A DNA stretch of 64,000 bases from contig JARDVH010000143.1 in assembly GCA_030324005.1 (NCBI GenBank), positions 4,429,925 to 4,493,924 of the forward strand. Reading direction: 5' to 3'. Under the pieces are notes generated by a model. The model saw only the letters and a list, made by a program, of their open reading frames with translations, made no database searches and was not told the DNA's origin. Source of the DNA: Negaprion brevirostris. Lineage: Eukaryota. Shown here in pieces: positions 62,324 through 64,000 of this stretch. Within the stretch, counting starts at the first letter, position 1, and every line of letters begins with the position of its first letter. Position numbers and translations under genes: made by a program.

Positions 62324-64000
62324 CAGATTGATAGAAGACATAGAGGCATTTTCAGGTTTGCAACCTGCAATGAGTAGAATGCAGTCATGATGTGGAGATG
62401 CTGGCATTGGACTAGGGTAAACACAGCAAGAAGTGTAAACCTGGTGTTGTCAGACTTAATGAGTAAATGCTACAGGGATCAGAGCTGGGTCCCCAATTTA
62501 TACGTGGAGGAGAAGTAAAATGGTATTAGTTTGTGGATGACAGAAGCACGTAAGAAAGCAAGTGGTGAGGATGGCACAGTCTACAAAGGGATATAGCTTG
62601 ATGGGCAAACTTAAACAGAATGTAATGTAGGAAAGCATGAAGTTGCACACTTTGGTAGGAAGAACAAATGAGATAAATATTGAAATGGAGAAAGCTGTAG
62701 CAGAGGGATTTGGGAGTTCTTGTGCATAAATCACAAGCTAGCATGCAAATTCAGGTAACAGGGAAGGCAGATGAAATGTTAGCTTTTATTTCAAAGGGAA
62801 TAGAGTATAAATATAGAAAAGTTTTTTGCTAAAACTAAACCACACCTGGAGTACTGAACAGTTTTGGTCCCCTTACCTAAGGAAAGATGTACTGGCATTG
62901 GAGGCATTCCAGAAACAATTCACTCATACTCTTGGGTATTTTGGTTATGAGAAGAGGCTGAGTAGGCTGGGCCTGTACTCTTTGGAGTTTAGAATGAGGT
63001 GTGACCTTTATTGAAGCATATTGGATTCTCTCAAGGCTTGACAGGGTAGATGCTAAGAAGTAGTTTCCCCTTGTGTCTAGGACCAGAGGGCATAATCTGG
63101 TCACCCATTTAAGACTAGGATGAGGAGAAATTTCTACTGAGGGTAGTGAATTTTTTTCGGAGGACTACACAGATTTAAGTCATTGATTACTTTCAAGGCT
63201 GAGAGATTTTTAATTGGTAAGAAAATTGAAGGCTATGGGGATAAAGCAGGAAAGTGGAGTTGAGGATTATCACATCAGTCATGATCTCATTGGTGGAGGA
63301 GACATAAATGCACCTTTTTTGTCTTGGCAGTCTTATGACGGTTTTTATGATGGTACTTCTGGACCAATTTGCTTGTGAAGCTGTTGACCAACTTGATTCA
63401 ACTGAGCAACCTGATCTGTGTTCTAACCAAGATCTTTTAAATGCTGGCTTTTCTGAGTAAATCTTTTCTGTTAATTGCCTACATTTCTTGAGTTGGGCAG
63501 GTGACCTAGCTTGCATGTTTTTGCCAATCCCACTGTCTAATGATCTGTTGCTTGGTGATGAACAAGTTGTCTGAGGTATTCAGCCTCACTACGCTAAGAT
63601 CAGGGATATGGTTAATGTCCTCCCGTTCTTGTCATAGTTTTTGCAAATTCTACGTGGCTATGTTTAATAATTAATGCTGTGATGCAGTTAAACTATTTCA
63701 GCTTTGTACTTAGTTTACCAGGTTGCCAAATGTGAGAAAGGTGATGAATTCCAAGTGTTTTCCTTCAGGGTAAAGAGGCAGAGTTAATCAAAGGCAGTTT
63801 GTTCACTTCCTCCTCCAGTTTGGCTGAATCCTCCTNNNNNNNNNNNNNNNNNNNNNNNNNNNNNNNNNNNNNNNNNNNNNNNNNNNNNNNNNNNNNNNNN
63901 NNNNNNNNNNNNNNNNNNNNNNNNNNNNNNNNNNNTCCTCCTTGAAGGCTTTTGAAATTATGCATAAGGAGAAAAAGGATCGGGGTTTGTCTCAGGTGGA

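Larger units (their letters stand above)
60180..63310 (+). mobile_element. Long decayed CR1/HER1-type LINE ORF2 with nested insertions
   Basis: Endonuclease-like GACTTTAAT (DFN) and AGTGACCGTAACATG (SD.NM). RT-like CAGCATGACTTCATGAAGG..TCTTGCTTGACAAAT and TACTTGGATTTCCAAAAG (YLDFQK). C-terminal QFWSPYLRKDVLALE..LGLYSLEFR and a 3' UTR. Confidence 0.85.

Overview
Vertebrate genomic DNA, most likely a shark. This is inferred from the repeat content: HE1/V-SINE-type tRNA SINEs, Deu-SINE-like elements, CR1/HER1-, L2- and Rex1-type LINE relics and Penelope-like ends. The assembly is a gappy draft with many N runs. The only supported protein-coding gene is RAP1A on the + strand: four phase-0 coding exons (28638-28694, 38170-38238, 46208-46264, 49797-49937) encode residues 1-108. 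No later exon and no CpG-island first exon is visible. The rest is intron or flank filled with decayed retroelements; repeat boundaries are approximate and family names come from recognition, not database search. The most notable unexplained structures are: (1) two dispersed copies of a U2 snRNA-derived element that share an insertion at the branch-point-recognition site; (2) a ~930 bp fold-back inverted duplication of a LINE relic whose arms each carry a different micro-inversion; (3) Penelope-type fold-backs with hammerhead-ribozyme core remnants; (4) a tRNA-headed SINE that looks like an internal-deletion derivative of a LINE; (5) a candidate upstream exon that could give an N-terminally extended RAP1A.
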